Virus record (IMG/VR): IMGVR_UViG_3300025128_000024
DNA from: an uncultured virus (IMG/VR IMGVR_UViG_3300025128_000024)
Taxonomy: Duplodnaviria; Heunggongvirae; Uroviricota; Caudoviricetes
DNA length: 64,000 nucleotides
Reading direction: 5' to 3' (one strand)
The notes beneath the pieces are model-generated. The model had not been told where the DNA came from, ran no database searches, and saw only the letters and a program-made list of their open reading frames with translations. How positions within the stretch are numbered: position 1 is the stretch's first letter; each line of letters opens with the position of its first letter. Shown piece after piece: positions 11,101-19,700 of this stretch. Position numbers and translations under genes: made by a program.

Positions 11101-13714
11101 ACCATCCGGGCTTTTGATAGTCAAATATATCCTGTGTCTTAAATCTCCAACCAACGTTCTTATATATAGGATCTGAGAATGTAGTTGTTAAAGTACCATT
11201 GACTGTATGTAAACCTTGTCCAGCTTCTTCTGCGTATATTGTAGTCCCATTGTAATTTGTGAGATTATATAAGCCAGACATAAAAGGATGATCTAGCGTT
11301 GGGTTTTCAAATCCAAATGCAAACATGTCTGGATCGAATGGGCCATTTACGATAGACTTGACACCTTTCCATCTTCTAGAATAATTGGACTTAATGGAAC
11401 TTGGGGTTGTAAATGCGTGTGGTATGCTTTCTATTGTTGACAGTGGGTTGTATGTCGTGCCTGCATTTATGATAGAGTCTGTTGACTGTCTGGTAGTTGG
11501 ATGTAGTCTCCCCTCTTCTCTGCCTCCATCTATCAGGCCAATGTCTCCACCAAGAGCCATCATATTCAATCCGTTTGACGGACTGTATTTTAGACACAGC
11601 TCCATGTGGGATATTTGAGCTCCACTTGGAAGCGGGAACAAGTCCAGATATATACTTTCAAAGTTAGGACTTTGATTGTATTGTTTTGATTTGCCAAGAG
11701 ATACAGTGTCTTCAAATATGTTTAGGTCTATCTCGTACCAAGCGAAGTCTGTAGTATTAACAACAGGAGTAGTTGACAATCTATAGTGATCGTACCCTGC
11801 GTTGTTTGGCGTGTTGCCACTTGAAAATCCTTCTAAAGAAGAAAAAGATTCTCCAGCTAGACTCAAGTCCGGCCCTTCATAGCCAGAAGTTGTTATGTAG
11901 TCTCCTGTTCCACCTGTGCTTTGTAGGAATCCACCAGTAGGACTGCTGATGTTCAATAACCTGTCATCAGTCCAACCAACAACATCGAAAGAGTAATCTC
12001 TTATAGATGCACTTTCTTTTCTTGCTCTTACTCTTAATGTGACTCTGTTAGGAATGAAGAAGGTGTCTAGCTCTTTTTTGTCTCCAACATCAAACGCAGA
12101 CTTTGCATGGCCAAATCCAAACTGGCCTCTTTTAATGGGAAGGTCTAAGTTATTTAATGAGAACTGAATTGACAACCTGCCAGAGTCGGCGCGATAAGGA
12201 GTGTCCATCCTGTCTAAATTAATATAATAATTATCATCAAGATAATTTAAGCTATTTATTAAATTTTGAGCTCCAGACGCTGTGGTGTTGTCTGAATGGT
12301 ACGGAGTAGTCCATACACTGCTGGCAACTGGGTATACACCAGAATCATAATCCCACTGTAATATCTTGGCTGGCATGGCTCTGCGTTCTAGAGAGTCGCC
12401 ACTTGGCCTAACCTCCATATAGAAAGGCATGTAGTGTTCTTTACCTAGACCGAGTAACCCACCGCTATTGCAAATTTCTATGGCAGATATTCTCAGCGCA
12501 TTAGAAGGATTGAGCCCCATCTTTTGATTCTGAGTAGCTAACGGAGCTCCGTCTATCGCAAGATAATCATCACCCTCAGCGAAAGAATCTACAACGTCTG
12601 TATTTTCTTCAAAACCAAAGTCAAAGCCAGTGTCGAACGGATCATCTAAAGATCTACCAGAAACTTCAAATGTTAAGGTGTATCCAGTGTCTGGGCCAAG
12701 TAATGGATACCCAGACTGCCACTGGTATTTTTGAAAGTTATTTAGTTTAGGCTTGGTGGCATAGGTTCCAAAGTTGAGGAAGGCATTTTTGTCATAGTCT
12801 GCGTCACCGCGCATAAATATGTCTTCATAACTGATAACTAATCCACCATTGGGATCTTTCCATTCTATATTTATAATAGAAAACTCGTGAGCAACTTCGC
12901 TTCTAAAGTTTGCGCCGTTACCATCCCAGTTTGATCTAGGTGCGGCTAGCCTGAAAAACAACCTACTTTCTTTAGCAATTATAGAAGGAGCCGTAATATC
13001 ACAAGTATATCTAGCTAGATTGTCAGTATGTATTGAAGACGGAGTTATAAACTCTAATCTATCATCGCTGTATCTATCACTAATTTCTCCGTCAATGTGA
13101 TATTTTCCAGCAAAGATACCTTCATCTATTTTCTGGTATAAATTATCATGTGTTGTGTTTTGGTTTACAAATTCTGATGTGTACACGTCTCCGCTTGGAT
13201 ATAGTTTTTGCACACATGTAAAATCATTGAAGTCTCCAGCAAACTTATCAGCATACGTTTGTCTTAACACTCCGCTTCCCACTAAATGCATAAGTGGGTT
13301 TGCGTTCATGGTCATTCCGGGCTTTATCTCGCCAACCGCAGTTAGTCCAGAGTCTGGCCTGCCAATTCTAAATTGGTTGTCCCAGCTATCTAAGCCTTCA
13401 AAGACATCTAAGATGTGGCTTCCTTCCCAAGTGCCCGCCAGATTAATATCAGCTGACATTTTTGGTAAAGTGGCCGTGTCCTGCTCAGCAGCTATTGTCT
13501 CGCTGGGGTATTGGTGCTTCGATTGAATAAGAGCGACAGCATTTAGCTTGGATTTAGCGCCCCTCTCTCGGATCATAGGAGCTTTTAGTGTAGCAGTAGA
13601 AACTGTATTTTTGCTAGCACGAATGGCGACAACCGCAGTAGCGTATGGCTTAATTTCACCAACACCTGATGCAGATGTAGAAATCCTGCTAGTACATACA
13701 AAACAATCCGACAT
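2105..13714 (-). CDS. Giant tail-associated adhesin-like protein (3869 aa) with FG-GAP beta-propeller repeats, a LamG-like domain and two GIFT/class-I-GATase-like domains
   Basis: Seven FG-GAP-type motifs (e.g. DRFGTSVAID..MAVGAPY..GAGAAYTY, DQFGYDVTMDADFIAVGAPG); LamG-like segment about 10520-11010; two 'P....IKxWL..G..LV' segments; immediately downstream of the TMP gene. Confidence 0.75.
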   Translation of the reverse strand: MSDCFVCTSRISTSASGVGEIKPYATAVVAIRASKNTVSTATLKAPMIRERGAKSKLNAVALIQSKHQYPSETIAAEQDTATLPKMSADINLAGTWEGSHILDVFEGLDSWDNQFRIGRPDSGLTAVGEIKPGMTMNANPLMHLVGSGVLRQTYADKFAGDFNDFTCVQKLYPSGDVYTSEFVNQNTTHDNLYQKIDEGIFAGKYHIDGEISDRYSDDRLEFITPSSIHTDNLARYTCDITAPSIIAKESRLFFRLAAPRSNWDGNGANFRSEVAHEFSIINIEWKDPNGGLVISYEDIFMRGDADYDKNAFLNFGTYATKPKLNNFQKYQWQSGYPLLGPDTGYTLTFEVSGRSLDDPFDTGFDFGFEENTDVVDSFAEGDDYLAIDGAPLATQNQKMGLNPSNALRISAIEICNSGGLLGLGKEHYMPFYMEVRPSGDSLERRAMPAKILQWDYDSGVYPVASSVWTTPYHSDNTTASGAQNLINSLNYLDDNYYINLDRMDTPYRADSGRLSIQFSLNNLDLPIKRGQFGFGHAKSAFDVGDKKELDTFFIPNRVTLRVRARKESASIRDYSFDVVGWTDDRLLNISSPTGGFLQSTGGTGDYITTSGYEGPDLSLAGESFSSLEGFSSGNTPNNAGYDHYRLSTTPVVNTTDFAWYEIDLNIFEDTVSLGKSKQYNQSPNFESIYLDLFPLPSGAQISHMELCLKYSPSNGLNMMALGGDIGLIDGGREEGRLHPTTRQSTDSIINAGTTYNPLSTIESIPHAFTTPSSIKSNYSRRWKGVKSIVNGPFDPDMFAFGFENPTLDHPFMSGLYNLTNYNGTTIYAEEAGQGLHTVNGTLTTTFSDPIYKNVGWRFKTQDIFDYQKPGWSSDYKTTDWTALSDGGSNFNSHELYGKIADAFDSVVRVSGANSYITLGNGQASNFAAYARITPDISITGVGYNLYNSGCVLSKWDNGKELEFAIGYENGYLAGFARATDGSIVKVKDTALYNTYQYPVSVLLTYNADNKLRLYTDNELENSWTVLRATSTAFAAATGDSYITVGHSHGSGVGINAFVSEFGISNSGNIVESLPDATKKEITAEQFLENTRVKFWDTTDSYTDDSYKLWDRINEATSDWDLGAFSYCAFNQAFDWWTKRPSKDYVTFDLKHAGSGYYPYANIDMPTTVDSGVAYHTQIENDFLRFNLSDAASNLYAVAPRIQKSLPKGYDFSERAMVVESVVQHQSDREITWPDGSKGPKLIVSLYTKNQEPDSYPTTNYGLVNRDIHYLESGCIHRVDSKFDFNSYVDETEQWALFPHEKRLTEFNHKYFSKDVDKMFLQYDLAYPSGESFEARLDLHTAHVKLDAAYVNPVKMSGDPLLYTSGEFRTRADLSLFAEARSGITSSGLDSFGNFYGGPTLVTSGPNLITSSGLNSLGAFYGGPTLVASGGAYEMASMNLYAKNSAFAYSSGIDSLGEFFGGPTVFTSGGLPIATGSMELVVGNYDESITSGTSITMTAYGGQDGHGDFIQSAMRMSLKTFDEPSQIIKSSGSFTLLTEGAGAAEAGFASGDINFYMLGSTQPSSILPLYLSNFVTETEQTASVNMYLMNSKYTFGRPSFLWDSSNFGSPIDVDDNTNGTLFAKADNDEIRGVDTTCFGGCAGSGCQEVSVVTHDTTWFDPECIDGGVIRPKATYTNQEYSYSGEYYGLRKFTGLEPNHIFDITISGVTGNEKSLVPPREFEEWEYGTNEDVAYSGFKLIGDYPFAESGRKDSANDNYGTSVDIKGDLMTVGSPHHKYDQYGSGLLTNAGAVFTYRRKSIANSGQKYFWDLEDKIVLPSGFRDDSYTEGEALSLFPGLDPIPTRNWNVGQEGREFGTSISVASSGSKEVMVVGAPKAVFSRDFDADVATTEINAAIMVVTDEFKWNETRLEIITDLIRKYNLLFKYYASEPARLNVKIIVCEAPPHKPTIDKPGFIYHQRIDRNGVGGATSASILQGLKDGFNGAFPLDSSKRLNNLPPLLGIYVDPTPSFGRESVEPAIDDFKEHYYAYTLANGVTDRDGVASKGYIYEKFFDADKDANPEDWIDLSKITLEDILDTGRLIDDNALRFITNNIGSDYVNEDLERFNNVPPSGGRAYIFEKESGIWTMVQEIKPSYETQYQAPDRFGWSVSISDNSEVVTIGSPYSQNSCLVYEQTAGYKKELHDSVLRWLEANNKTTEIQNYRSYVEEFGADLGKERSYLELSAADRAKLRDDQGIEQYKVIYKYGYEDIGYTGSWSFLAHYGGIPTSRLGWSTTVNEDGSLVAFGAPTDSLNQFEDTNAYFRKEGFYGYDDEPVKNHERLDGWSTSTYAGAVRVFGSRKYHPHSGVVEYFKFGNLDMNYHVEDRDAGRYNTLEEMFDDRTFTRTQFSDLEIPRSAGLAFIITPEVDAASDEIMQNIKDWLSLGDRTLVLVGNDPVYEENGLYKDSNDVINKILDNLGSKMRIQAAQTREEAVNYCAIDSKPNVIQSRTTVYMRNTDVLTGQMFASGVGDIKIHIPDWDNLPAIRQNGAYDTSKDDVNKFDLLPMIHNGDLRANKRIECLTPCEKPRRVFEHINWGYHFGNGSVGCCPDIPQQVVANGLGKSNTEPRPLLSAAEWTPEETIIFPEVVEKLRIPITKKVITKKDVTKKVYSFGEHHINNKHFEFSSDVYTGLDGVDYKNFEDPDPLNSRDGIMQGVAGTKTDVIEKVIKVSPDSPLVTQENIYGSRVIFIAAVTPEEQGNMYAGLDDNIVFYNNILTKDCQSKSRIAQLGGWTGRTGFVDAYSKSHMKVFLDSKGYDVTENYTGSLATNLDVAWVANPAANPADTNIADIKNWLGDGNKTLIVTFDTSQEAALAVEELSNGLGLSMKPLYLNGRQKFANSNADALRALGGQILDKNSALIKGCTSADKVTKFNLTYDNQSKKSFTFGEFTVVDVESPATKVITNPTEIADTERTTETFWRLKPNVATMSIPVEKGSGYRLFYNWVSEDDTENHSIKLLMNETSNSPDPRDELFKPSLPILDFDDNDTSFTLAEDLQIQKTLGRTGKRKPTSEFVDFRVPADHDGTSITLYVDGNKIRAGESTIKYTPKTVRLLSVSGALLPINEEVKTFTFNEEKEVIIGWKEETVVTHPETTVVIPSKAREIKSKEDKVADGPVVAAIEPETFSTFSQGRTRSNIIVLTDSSMVQNMCDSGQLYTNKDFVKSLYPKSMDILGADSAQSFSTPSLPQGAMAGEHIESTPDLLQLHEGERKFEFQQKIIAPERSTPAKLWAVSGIVGSVSRFQGENASVDVTHNRQPSGFFIGQDPLPAEITDRPKAPVKESEKKSLVNALMSRAIDSGNAYAKFSGVYDGELHGDAGAYGGLPKITAEHGVEYLDFDYWQSGYPGDLFGYSIAMRGRKLVVGTPFNIFSSGNIYDWEASSHFGLKNTAKLAGIDFTYNGGAGAAFYYENSGEGYAWDFKKKLRPDSINAGFDDYTDSTASNTYIGSNDYTVTDRSKMMLTTDQFGYDVTMDADFIAVGAPGHDFDNHYEDLYNRTVDGIVYSGCFIRKEFDAQFDIPTHTVFDMGESGVRAYELSGSGTSVLNNGAVFTFERKVNDWGSNIREWEFVEKIIAQGHKSRLQKDYAGSTAVSGAENDRFGTSVAIDRARRSDGDYTMAVGAPYHMFATSGNHQNSAGTNSDEVVLGAGAAYTYDAMLRGQPPTSGSPESFIDAKVFGLDKTAAVDLLVQQSGDTIFSSATGAVTANSQGEIFIEMSGRDTNRKGFIQHRPYIYSIGGVAAPGTDTASSMSMAISGKPLSNSGDMSLYMLGQDNAKVYNNISLVVQSNNVASGSPILYTSGVSAIASSGFFTSMFTSGTFVMGNQFNLAIRGK
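9310..9570 (-). repeat. Three imperfect repeats SSG(L/I)(D/N)S(F/L)GxF(Y/F)GGPT(L/V)xxSG inside the giant protein
   Basis: Visible in the translation. Confidence 0.8.
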
Positions 13715-13737
13715 TTATTTATTTTCCTATGAGTCGT

Positions 13738-16700
13738 TTATGGAGTTAATACGCTTTTGTTTACTTTTGCGTCACCTGCAGCAGTAAACTTGAGGTTGGA
13801 TATTTGATTCCCTACTTCAGCTAATAGCTCAGTCTTAACTTCCTCTTTCATGCTGTTCAGGAAGCTTCCACCATTCAAGGTGACGACTACGTTTGTTGTG
13901 TCAAGTTTAATTTGGAATCTTGTGTTTTGTAGGTTAGCTATATTTTGAGCAAACGCAGTGTTGAACGCATTTAGTCCTTCAAGTATAGATGCATCCACGC
14001 CTCCCGCTGCTAATCCGCCGTTATTGTAGTAGCCTACTTGACCGCCCTGATTCATAGCGGCTGCGTCTCCAGTAGCTGGGGCAGGGGATTGAGTTCCGTT
14101 ATTCATCGCTCTAAGTATTTGCAGATTGTTTCCTCTGTTGACAGATGCTCTATTGACAACAAACTCGCCCGGCGTTAACATCGCAGGTACGGTGTCTGTT
14201 CCTCTAGGTACAAACATACCCCTACTGGCATAAACCATACCACCTCTAGCAAGACCTGCAACATCAAACTGCCCCGCCGCTTCAGCAAGACCTTGATTGA
14301 ATTTAATTTGAGCGCTTTGTATTGTCATTTCTGCACTTTGAACTTGCATCTGCGCCATATCAACCATGTTCTCGCCAATAGCTCCTAATGCTCCAGCTCT
14401 TTCCCTGATCCTAGCTTCTATTTCCTGCTCCTGCTGTGTCTGGCCGGTTAACATCGCTGCGGCCCTTGGGTCTGTTATACCCCTAGATGCTAACGCAGCC
14501 TGAGCAGCTCTAGCTTCGACATCTCTGATATTTGTCCCACCTATATCTGTGACACCGGCCTGTCTTTGCTTCCTGATATTTTCAAGTGCAGCGCCAAGAG
14601 CCTCACCACCAAAGCCTGAAGCGTCTCCGCCGGCAGCGAGTACTTGAGTGGCCTGAGCAGCAGCCTGCTGTTTAAAGAATGTATCAACATCTCCTGAAAC
14701 AAGTGCGTCCAAAGAAGATTTTTCAAGAGCGTTTTTCTGTTTAATAATATTAAGTTCTTGTTTGTCTGCTTCTATAAGGGCTTTAGTAACGCTGACTAAT
14801 TCTTTTTGTGCTGCTACAATTTCTTGTCTTTTGTCTGCGTCTAGTCCAGCAGCGCCCGAGAAGGCTCCAGATCTATTGGATCTCATTTCAAGGGATGCAA
14901 ATTGACCAGCTAGAGCGCCGCTTGCATTTCTTATATCTGATCCAGTTCCAGAGGTCAATGCTCCAGCGCCTACCCTACCAGCGGTGAGATTAAATTTCTC
15001 AATGGCTGCATTTCTTCTTTGTTCCGCAGTAACTGATGCTCCACCAAACTCCGCTGCTATCTGTGCTGCTTCTAGCTGTAGATCGACTGCTTGCTTTTGG
15101 GCATCTATCAGGTTTCTTTCTGCAGCAATTCTTTCTTTGGTAAGATTTATAATGAGCTGCTCTTGTGCTTGCAGAGCTTTTGCTGCTTCTAGTGCGCCTT
15201 GACCAAGCTGACCAACTTGACCAGCTAAATCTTTGAACACGTCTGAGAGCTGTAATGTTCCAGATTGTAATCCAGTGATCTGCTCTGGGGTGAGCTGAGC
15301 AACTCTACCGCTAATTATTTTGCCAATTTCGCTGTCTGATGAAACGCCGGCTGCATCTAGCAGAGTTTGTTGTATGTTGTCTTTAACTACTTGTTCGTTG
15401 TCACTTTTTGATATCTGTGTTCCAGCGAGCACGGATGGTAAATTAGAGGTAAATTGAGCAGCTGTATTTAACGTGTCGAATTGTCTATTTATAGCCTGAG
15501 AAGCTGCACTATCGGTGCCAACACCACTAGCACCAAGCTGTTTGTTTACCCTGTCTCTGGCTTCTTCAACCGCGTCGGTGCCAGCTGTTCCAAGAGCTAT
15601 ATTTTTCTGAGCTTCTTCAAGCGTAGCTATAGTTGCGTTCCAAGTATTTCCACCAGTCTCTAGACCGCCAATAAAGTTACCCACAGCTAAGGTAGCAGCA
15701 CCAAATACAGAACTAGTGACAAGCAGGTCTGCACGAAGCTTCGCCTGAGCCCTATTTGCCTCAGCCACTAGCTGTGCAGATTTGGCGGCGTTTTCTAATT
15801 TTTCCCTTAGTTCTGGGAATTTAGCTGTAAGTTGAGCCATAGCAGCGTCTAGCTCACCTTGACTTTGCGCCGTTGAGCCAATACTCGCAGCTAAACCAAA
15901 TGCAACCTTCTCTTGCTGATCTCTAAGAGCTTTGGCTCCTTGAGGGTCTACCTTTTCTATTGCTGCTATTCTTTCATTAAATACGCCTATGGTAGCAAGT
16001 GTTTCGTTTAATGTATTTTTTCCAGCCTCGTTAGAAAGACCACCGCTTCCAAATGATTCTAGCTGCTCTCTTAACTTAGGAGCTAGATTTTTTTCTATGT
16101 CTGAAGCAGCTAACTTGGCTTCGGATTCTTCTCTGAATTTTTTCTTTCTCTCATCAGAGCTTGGCCCTAACCCCAACATACCCATCAAGTCATCTTTGAA
16201 GAAACCAACAATACCGCCACCAATAGCTCCAATGGCTCCACCAACCGCAGTACCAATCCCCGGAATAACACTACCAAGAGTAGCTCCCAAGGCAGCGCCA
16301 CTAGCCGCACCACTAACCGCACTACCCATTCTATTATTAATATCTTGCGTTTGATAGTTATTGTCAATCATTGACATTCCGCCTTCATAGTCACCAAGCT
16401 CAACAGCTTTATCAAATTTGGCTTGTGTATATGCAGCTGCGGCAGAGGTTATGGCAGCCGCAAAAGATAATGCGGTAGTCGCTACATTTGCCAAACCAAC
16501 AGTAAATTTTTTCAAGCCGCCACCAAATTTCTTTAGCGCTCCTTTTATTCCTCCACCATCACTAATTTTATTTGCAGCTTCATTAATTTTTCTGGCAAGA
16601 TAACTTCCAGACTTAGTAATCTTTTGTGAGACAGTGTCAAATGCTCCCTTAGCAAGTTTTCCGGCATTCCTGATACCATCTCCAACGACAACTCCTGCTT

Positions 16701-19700
16701 GAGCAAGACCTCTGCTAAATTTGTTGCTTCCATCTGTCGCCGTTTTCCTTATCTGGTCGCCAAAAATATTTATATTCCCAACAACTTTGCCAGCCGACTT
16801 TTTTATACCAGATGCAACGCCGGGGAAGACAAGTTCAAATTCTTCCATAACTCCTTGCTTAAGAGCAGTGCCAAAATCACTAAATCCACCTACAACCACC
16901 TTTCCAGTTTTTTCCCATGCGGTACTAAGCATCGCGCCAGCTTCAGCAGCCTCGGCTTGAATCTCACCAAAAATATCAGTCCAATATTCTGAGAACGCCT
17001 GTTTACCGTCCGTTACTAAGCTTCCTAAAGATTTGGCCCATTTATTTAAGATATCTTTGCCAGTAATTTTTGGAGGTTCTGGCGGAGGTACGTCTGCAAC
17101 TTTTGTGCCACTAGAAAGGTCGCCCGTACTTATAGATGGGTCACTTAAGCCAGAAATTTGAACCAAATCCATATCCGCTTCTTTTGCTGCATCAAGCAAA
17201 GCTTGCTCTAGAGTTGACATAGCCGCAGTCGCAGCATCCGCCATGCTCTCAAACTGTTCAAGATTCTCTGATATTTGTTTAGCTTCATCTGCCAGCTTGT
17301 CGGCCTCTGCTGTCAACTCCGCCGCCTTAGTAGGGTCAATCAACCGCATCGCATCAGCTTGTCCCCTAGTTTCAGACTCTTTCCCAAGCGTCTGAGAAAG
17401 TAACGCTGTCTGTCGGTCAGCCTTTTGCTGGTAATGTCCAGCTTGACCTGCTGCCTCGAACGATTGCATCCTCACGCCTGCAGAACCCATATGCTCCTCG
17501 CCCGTTTGGAGTGATGTAGCTCGCCCACTTAGGCTAGTAGTAAGCATGTCATATGTTGCCTGATCAAACTGAGGATTCGGTGGAGCAGAAGCAGCAGGAG
17601 CCGAAGTACTAAGAGCAGCCATCATCGGATCAACCTTGTTCGCAGCAGATGGGTCGGAAGCCGCTGCAGCTTTGCCCATTTGAACTTGAGCAGCATGAAG
17701 AATAACTGTCGTGATCCCTTTGATTATAAGTTCTCCAGTAGCATAAATGCTTAGCTGGCCACTTATATCCATTTTTTGATCAGTCTGTTTCTTTTCTTCT
17801 GTCTCTTGTTCAGTTGCTTTTGTGTTATCTTCAGTAGACTTGGTGGAGTTGTCAGTTTCCTTCGCAAAAAACATCAATGACCCTTTAGTCATCATCAAGC
17901 TAGAGACAAGCGTTTGAAGGCCAGCCTGAGCTGCCATGAATCCGTCACTCATGTCCTCTGACGGGCCCATAAGTTTTGTAAGGCCGCTCTCAAGTGCTGG
18001 CAATAACGCTAGCAACGCCATACCACCTCCAGCAGTTCCCATACCAGACACGCCGGCACCTCCAGCACCTCCCCCGAAAAACATACCAACTGGGCCGCCT
18101 TTTGCAAACCCCTGAACGCCCCTCTTGTTCATGCGGTTTAGGTTCGCTGGCCCAATTGACTGAGCAGCTTTCTTGTTGACAACGAACTCGCCCGGAGTGA
18201 GCATAGCAGGTACGGTGTCTGATACAGAGCCGCCCTTATTCATTTGCGTTGGAGCAACGTTCCAAAAATCCTTCCAGTCGTCACCGGGTTTTTGCAACGT
18301 GTTGTATGCTTTCCCTAGTAAACTCTTCTTTGACTTAGTGTTTAGAGTTCTCTTAGCATCAGCAGATTTCATTGTCTTAAAATCACCAGAGTAGAGCTCG
18401 CCCATCCTCTCTGCTACTTCCGACACATCTGGAAAATCGAATCTTGTTTGACCTCCTGCTATATCGGCACCCGTTAAGGCTCCAGTTATACCCTCAAGAA
18501 GAAAGCCCTGCACACTTTCTGAAGCACCGCCTTTTGGGTCACCAATTTGTTTCATAGCTTTTTGGAGTGTTTTATCGCTAGGGTCTATGACTCCTCCTAT
18601 AGGTTTTAGGAAGTTCGAGACTGCATTGCTTTGGCTTATCTCTTTAGTGCCCATCTCCAAGGCGCTCGTAGTTGCGCTCTCAATAGCTTCAAATAAAGCT
18701 TCTGAAGCTGTACTTCCTTGGCCACCTAAAAACATGGCTCTCATTTTCCCCGACCGTATAGATTTAGGTCTAACGCCTTCAACTTTGCCTGTTGCTACTT
18801 TGTTTAGTATGTTCTCTTTTTTCTTATCATCTACACCTTGTTCATTAAGAACTGTATTAAGCGCATCAGTATTCCAAGCCGACCCCTGCGCCGCAAGTAA
18901 CTTGCTGCGCTTTTGATCTTTCTTTTGATTTTGCGTGCGCGCTGCTTGATGAAGTTGTTCACCTTTGCCTTCACCCAACTCTGAATCAAGTAACGCAGCA
19001 ACCCCTTTCTTACTAAAGTCGGCTATCTTGTTGACTTGCTGACCCATACCCCTCAGAGCGGCTTGATTAGTAACTTTGTATGTATCTGTTATGTCTTTTC
19101 CTGTAGGCACAGGTGGATCGAAATCTTCGTTTTTGCCTTTGGCCCTCAAGAAAAATGCGCCAGATACATTGTCCTTTAGTTTGACAGTGCCTCCAGAGGC
19201 ATAACCTTTAGCATTCATTTGCTTAAGATTGTCAGCTCCAAGACTCTGGACGCTGGATTTTCTTATAACAAATTCACCCGGCGTTAGCATGGCGGGAACA
19301 GTGTCTCTATTACCTGAGCCGGGAACCATACCTCCAGATGCAAATTTTGGAACAGCTCCTAAGCCGCCAGCTTTAGCGCCTGCTAAGAATCCTCCTAAAC
19401 CTTGGGCAATTTTTATACCAGCAAAGGCTGTCATGAGTGGGAGTAAAGGGGTTAGCGCTTCAGATATTTGTAGTATAGCTTTAGCTAGACTTATGGCTGC
19501 GTCTGCCATAATTTTAAAACCAGTGCTCTCGGTTATGGTTCTAAACGTAGCTAAGAACTCTTCCCTGAGTTTTGTAAGTTTTACTGCTAGAGTGTCTTGT
19601 GCAGCTTCAGCATCTTTACTGAGTGAATTAGATCCAGCAAGTGCAGTATTGTAAGCCTCTTGCGCTGTAGCAAACTGTTGCAAGAGAGGAATAACTTTAC

